Source: an uncultured cyanobacterium
Lineage (GTDB): Bacteria; Cyanobacteriota; Cyanobacteriia; Cyanobacteriales; Nostocaceae
Direction of reading: 5' to 3'
DNA length: 64,000 nucleotides
Assembly (NCBI GenBank): GCA_963740315.1
Contig: CAVUDP010000002.1
Coordinates: 2,752,001 to 2,816,000, forward strand
A program made the translations under genes and the position numbers. The notes under the pieces were generated by a model. It searched no databases. It saw nothing but the letters and a program-made list of their open reading frames with translations, and had not been told where the DNA came from. This document shows positions 59,417 to 64,000 of the stretch, piece by piece. The first letter of the stretch is position 1; every line of letters begins with the position of its first letter.

Positions 59417-60904
59417 ATGGCTACAGCTACCAATGAAATGAATGCGAATGCAACCGATAACAAGGTTGAAAACGAAGACAAAATGGTCACTGATGACAAT
59501 GGTGCATCTAATAATGCATCGAATGAAGTAGATGACTTTGAAGGAACCGGACTAGAAATTACCTCAGATATCGATTTAAATAGCGAAACTTACAGCAACT
59601 TTGAAGGAGATGGTATTGCAGTTATTGAAGATGCTGTAAATGTTGCCCTCGAAGAAGTTGAATCTACCAAAAACGGTGATGATGGCTTTGAGATTCGCGG
59701 TAATGTTAGCGAAGCTTCAGTAACAGCAAACGAATCTTCTTTCAACCTCAACGGTGATGATGGTATAGATGTTTTTGGTGAAAACAATACTGTAGATTTA
59801 TTTCGAGTTGAATCAAGCTTTAATCAAGCAGGAGGCTTGGGTGTTGATGGCATAAACAACACATTTAACATTAACACCAGCGAATTTGAAGGCAATAACG
59901 ACGGCTTAGTTATTCCTCGCACGGGTGTAGGCAACAGTTTCGATATCGAAAACTCCGCATTTTTTGATAACAAAGATGATGGGATTGATATCTTTGGTAA
60001 TGAGAACACTTTTACTTTAGATAGAGCCTCTTCAACTGGTAATAAAGAGGATGGTGTTGAGATTGATGGTAGCAATAACACAATTACTGGCAGCAACGGC
60101 AACTTTTCTGATAATGGGGGAGACGGCTTCGGTGATGATATTACTGCTACTGGCAACGAAATCACTCTAACTGCAACCACATTCCGCGATAACGGCGATG
60201 ATGGTTTCGATATTGAAGGTTCTGAAAACGTTATCACTTTAAACAATGTATCCTCTGATGGTAACGGTGAAGAGGGTTTCGAGATTGATGGACGTAACAA
60301 CACAGTTACCATTCAGGATAGAAGCGTTTTCGGTGGAAACAAAGAAGATGGTTTCGATATCGACTTCAGAGGTACGGGTAACACTATAGAAGTAATTGAG
60401 AGTGCATTTCGCAACAACGGCGATGATGGATTTGATATCTTTGGGCGTAACAACACTGTTACCTGGGATGATGTCCAATCTTTCGATAACAAAGAGCAGG
60501 GTTTTGAAGTTGATGGTGATGCCAATACTATCACTATCAAGGATAGCTTCTTAATAGATAACGGTTCTAGTGGCTTCTCATTTGATTACACCGGAGAGAA
60601 TAATAATTTAACTATCAATGATTCTGAAATCTTCCGCAATGCAGAAGATGGAATTGAAATCCTTTCTGACAACAACACTGTAGGGTTATTCGGTGTGGAT
60701 ATAATCAATAACGGTGAATGGGGATTAGATATTGCTGGTGATGAAAACTCTATCACTATTGGTAGTAGTACTTTCGAGGGTAATGAAAGCGGAGCCATCG
60801 TAATCGGTGGTGATAACAATATCCTTGAAATACTCAGCGGTACAAACTTAACTGCTGAAAATATTGTTGATAATGGCAGCAATAATACTATTACCTTTGC
60901 TTAA
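59417..60904 (+). CDS. Very acidic right-handed parallel beta-helix repeat protein
   Basis: 22-24 aa units N..DG(F/I)(D/E)I.G..NT over ~400 aa. Confidence 0.85.
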   Translation: MATATNEMNANATDNKVENEDKMVTDDNGASNNASNEVDDFEGTGLEITSDIDLNSETYSNFEGDGIAVIEDAVNVALEEVESTKNGDDGFEIRGNVSEASVTANESSFNLNGDDGIDVFGENNTVDLFRVESSFNQAGGLGVDGINNTFNINTSEFEGNNDGLVIPRTGVGNSFDIENSAFFDNKDDGIDIFGNENTFTLDRASSTGNKEDGVEIDGSNNTITGSNGNFSDNGGDGFGDDITATGNEITLTATTFRDNGDDGFDIEGSENVITLNNVSSDGNGEEGFEIDGRNNTVTIQDRSVFGGNKEDGFDIDFRGTGNTIEVIESAFRNNGDDGFDIFGRNNTVTWDDVQSFDNKEQGFEVDGDANTITIKDSFLIDNGSSGFSFDYTGENNNLTINDSEIFRNAEDGIEILSDNNTVGLFGVDIINNGEWGLDIAGDENSITIGSSTFEGNESGAIVIGGDNNILEILSGTNLTAENIVDNGSNNTITFA

Positions 60905-60953
60905 TTACTGCCGATCGCTTTAATAAATAGCAAAAAGTAATAACCTAGAAATA

Positions 60954-60999
60954 TGGAGAAGGCTGCATTGTTTAAATCAAGATGCTTTCTCCATTTTTT
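60954..60999 (+). terminator. Probable intrinsic terminator
   Basis: TGGAGAA...TTCTCCA stem followed by a T run. Confidence 0.5.
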
Positions 61000-61419
61000 G
61001 CTGCATATTAAATTGAAGAGTTGATTCGCAAATTTTTTATTCTCTACAGAAATCTAAACTAGCTTAAATTAAAAGCGATGAATGTATGACAACCTGTCTT
61101 TTGTAATTCTTTTTTAAGAATGATATTTTATCAAAATAAAATAATTAAATAAAAACTATTCGCAAATAGGTAATCTCTTTACCGTCGAATTAAAATGATA
61201 TTGGAATCCTCAGTAATTCGTCCGAAATTGCTATGGCTATATACAGACAGATACTATTATTTTTTACGATATATTAAATAAATCCGGAATTTTATACGTA
61301 TTTATATCCAAAGTAAGCTAAGAATATTTACAGGCAAGTTGATGCAGTTATCAAAACTGTTTGCATCATAAACTTGTCTAAACAATAATCGTATAATCTT
61401 AAATTCTAGATAGCGAAAC

Positions 61420-63654
61420 ATGAAAATAAATCAATCGAGTGATGTTTATTATTTCTGGCAAGATGCTGAAACTAACACCTGGGGAGTTACAGTAGCTGAT
61501 AGCGAGTCAGATGACTTTTCTGTTATTAAAGAATTAACTTTTCCCGAACTTTCTGCAATTACTGCACTAGAAAATGAGGGTGGAAATGGTGAAGGTGCTG
61601 CTTGGGGAGATGCCATTGTTAGTAATGATGGAAAACGGATTTTTGTTAATGCCAGAAATGCCGACAAAGTAGTTGTAATTGATACAGAAAGCTATGAAGT
61701 TGAAACTATCTTAGATGTTGGCGATCGCCCGGTTCATAGTTTTGTATATGGTGATGAACTTTGGGTTCATGTGGATGGTGATGGCGGGTTTAACGTTATC
61801 AATCAAGACACTTTAGAAGTATCGGAATTTATCGCTACCAATACTGTAGGTACTGGTCACGGTAAGTTACTTGTTTCGGAGGAATTAGGGGAAAATACTT
61901 ACGTTACCAACACCCGAGAACCTGCTGTATTTCCGATTAATGTAGAGACAAGGGAAGTCAGTCCACCTATCGAAATTGCTGGTGGCAATCCCGATATCGG
62001 TACCCATGATAAAGGTTACGATCCTGCTACTGGATTAGCATTTTTTCAGCTTACTGGTAATAATGGATTTTCTTTTATCGATGCCCAGACTAATGAAGTT
62101 GTTTACGACAAAGTACCCATGTTGGGGAGAATTACCCACACTCCAAATGATGAATATATTCTGATTCTGAATGCTGCTGCTGAGGAAAACGATATCGGTA
62201 TTTGGAATACCACCCTCGATACTCATACTCAGCCAGAGTTTGATGCAGAAGTAACTATTGGTGGTGGGGTTAGCTATAGTGGAACTGAATTTTATCAAGA
62301 TGGTAGTGATTGGGAAGCCTGGATAGCTCAAACGGAAGGTGATAATGTTGCGGTTTTGGATTTAAGTACGAATGATGTTGAATATATTCCTGTAGGGGAT
62401 TTAACAGTACCTGAAGGAGCAAGACATTTTTCTCGAATCGGCGAAATTGACGAGGATTTTTTCTTTACCTATTCGGATGAAGGTGCAAAGAGAATAGATT
62501 TAGATACTTATGAAGTGTCTGATGGATTCACGCTTCCGGGGCAAGTATCTAGAATGGCTGTGGTGGATACATATGAACCATTATTAGCTGCTTTTAACTT
62601 TGATTGGATGGGACAAATTGCTGGGTTCAATGTGAATGGTGAATTCAGTTATGATTCCAATCAATCTTATGAAGATGGAATTGTACGAGAGGAAGATTTA
62701 AACTCTTTTGATATTTCTTTCTTCGACCCTAATGGTAATCTATTAAAAGCTTACGAAGATAACCATCTTACATTCCCAGAATTTAATTTCGCTTTCGATA
62801 CTAATACTAAAGAAATCTTGCAAGATGGGGCATATTTTGAACCTGATGGTATTAACGTAGGTGAAAAAACCGCGATAGGAGATAATGAATTTACTGGCTT
62901 AAATTTGTGGTCGCGTCCACTATTAAATCCTTTTGGAGAAGTTCCACCACCACACCTTCATGTTGATGATTGGAGCGACGAATTTGATCTTCCCCTCGGA
63001 TTTGGTTCTCATGAAGATGTGGCATTTTTCACGCTCACAACTGAGGAACTTTTAGAAACTGGTAGGGTGGGAGAAACTTATGTTGATAAAATACAGGATA
63101 GTTTGGATGAAGTAGGACAAAGAATTAAAGTCACACCCGTTGAACCCGATGATTCGTCATATTTATCTTTTGAACCTTTATTTGGAACTATTAACGGTGA
63201 AACTATCGAAATAGAAAGTAGCAACCGTCTGGTTTTTGCTGGCGATTCTGACGATTTAATTGATGCTTCTATTAGCAGTAAAGGCGGTAATCGTATTTAC
63301 GCTGGTAGCGGTGACGATACTTTGATATTGGGCAAAAAAGATAGACTTATCGGTGGTGAAGGTGACGACAAATTCTTTACCGTTTCCGGTGGTGAAAATA
63401 CGATCGCTGGTGGTGCGGGTGCAGATCAATTTTGGATTGCTGTTGCTGAGATTCCCGATGCAGCAAATATAATTTCTGACTTTACCAGTGGTGAAGATGT
63501 GCTGGGTATAGCTGGTTTAGGTATTAGCTTTGAGGATTTGACTATTACTCAACAACAAGGAAATGCTTTGATTGCAGCTAGCGGTTCGGATTTAGCAGTT
63601 TTAAAAGGAATTGAAGCAGATAGTTTGAGTGCGGATAACTTTGCTTTTGCTTAA
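61420..63654 (+). CDS. YncE/YVTN-like beta-propeller protein with a C-terminal RTX-like Ca-binding tail
   Basis: SNDGKRIFV..VVVIDT..VGDRP, then GSGDDTL, GGEGDD, GGAGADQF, ISDFTSGED, LSADNF. Confidence 0.82.
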   Translation: MKINQSSDVYYFWQDAETNTWGVTVADSESDDFSVIKELTFPELSAITALENEGGNGEGAAWGDAIVSNDGKRIFVNARNADKVVVIDTESYEVETILDVGDRPVHSFVYGDELWVHVDGDGGFNVINQDTLEVSEFIATNTVGTGHGKLLVSEELGENTYVTNTREPAVFPINVETREVSPPIEIAGGNPDIGTHDKGYDPATGLAFFQLTGNNGFSFIDAQTNEVVYDKVPMLGRITHTPNDEYILILNAAAEENDIGIWNTTLDTHTQPEFDAEVTIGGGVSYSGTEFYQDGSDWEAWIAQTEGDNVAVLDLSTNDVEYIPVGDLTVPEGARHFSRIGEIDEDFFFTYSDEGAKRIDLDTYEVSDGFTLPGQVSRMAVVDTYEPLLAAFNFDWMGQIAGFNVNGEFSYDSNQSYEDGIVREEDLNSFDISFFDPNGNLLKAYEDNHLTFPEFNFAFDTNTKEILQDGAYFEPDGINVGEKTAIGDNEFTGLNLWSRPLLNPFGEVPPPHLHVDDWSDEFDLPLGFGSHEDVAFFTLTTEELLETGRVGETYVDKIQDSLDEVGQRIKVTPVEPDDSSYLSFEPLFGTINGETIEIESSNRLVFAGDSDDLIDASISSKGGNRIYAGSGDDTLILGKKDRLIGGEGDDKFFTVSGGENTIAGGAGADQFWIAVAEIPDAANIISDFTSGEDVLGIAGLGISFEDLTITQQQGNALIAASGSDLAVLKGIEADSLSADNFAFA

Positions 63655-63740
63655 ACACTTCTAAATATTTCATAAACAATTAACAAACCCGGTTTTTCCA
63701 AAAAACAGGGTTTATCGTAATATCTAACTATAATTATTTT

Positions 63741-63917
63741 GGTTCTTCAGCACTTGGTATGCTAATTAAATAGTCGTAAAAAGGCAGAAGGCAGTAGGCA
63801 GTAGGGAAAAAAGGAAGATATTAGTAATAAATGAAGTAAACAACAATCAAAACCTTTGCATAGTAAGTGTTACAGCTATTTTCACCCATAATTTAGCATA
63901 CTATGTAATGAAGAGCC
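63741..63917. mobile_element. MITE-like element
   Basis: ~27-bp imperfect TIR GGTTCTTCAGCACTTGGTATGCTAATT / AATTTAGCATACTATGTAATGAAGAGCC. Confidence 0.65.
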
Positions 63918-64000
63918 ATTATTTTTCTCTACTCCCTACTCCCTACTCCCTACCCCCTACTCCCTATCCCCTACTCTTACAAATGACCAACCCTACTTCT

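Noticed and set aside
59590..60882. Antisense ORFs within the beta-helix gene
   Set aside because: Shadow frames caused by repetitive codon usage
61121..61133. Zur/Fur box (TGATAttTTATCA)
   Set aside because: Spacing does not fit the 7-1-7 consensus, and the region is very AT-rich.
54162..61287. TCCGGA (DIF1 heterocyst promoter motif) upstream of the PEP-CTERM and propeller genes
   Set aside because: The hexamer is also common in local REP/MITE elements and cannot be supported without TSS data.

Overview
AT-rich chromosomal DNA from a filamentous, probably heterocyst-forming (Nostocales-like) cyanobacterium, judged from abundant HIP1 octamers (GCGATCGC), 7-9 bp STRR tracts and GTAG-type REP/MITE elements. 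Housekeeping genes include sufR/sufBCD (with two CAAC-N6-GTTG operators), rsmE, a GH3 hexosaminidase, xth and ABC transporters. Accessory content: (1) a stand-alone intact tnpB with an IS607-like right end, bracketed by a ~70-bp direct repeat; (2) a split type I secretion locus (HlyD ... PpiC, HlyB-like ABC) enclosing three proteases without signal peptides and a periodic 44-bp repeat/REP array; (3) a signal peptide-HEAT-TM-NACHT receptor-like protein; (4) a decayed YefM/RelE module with two TGTACA operator pairs; (5) a fused methyltransferase-BsuBI/PstI restriction gene lying between duplicated copies of the 3' end of a Zn-dehydrogenase gene plus a REP, resembling an integrase-less att-type insertion; (6) acidic beta-helix and RTX-like proteins. 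Four otherwise intact genes have single lesions. Two of these fall exactly in CGATCG motifs, so sequencing artefact cannot be excluded. No rRNA, tRNA or true CRISPR array was recognised. All calls come from reading the sequence; no searches were run.
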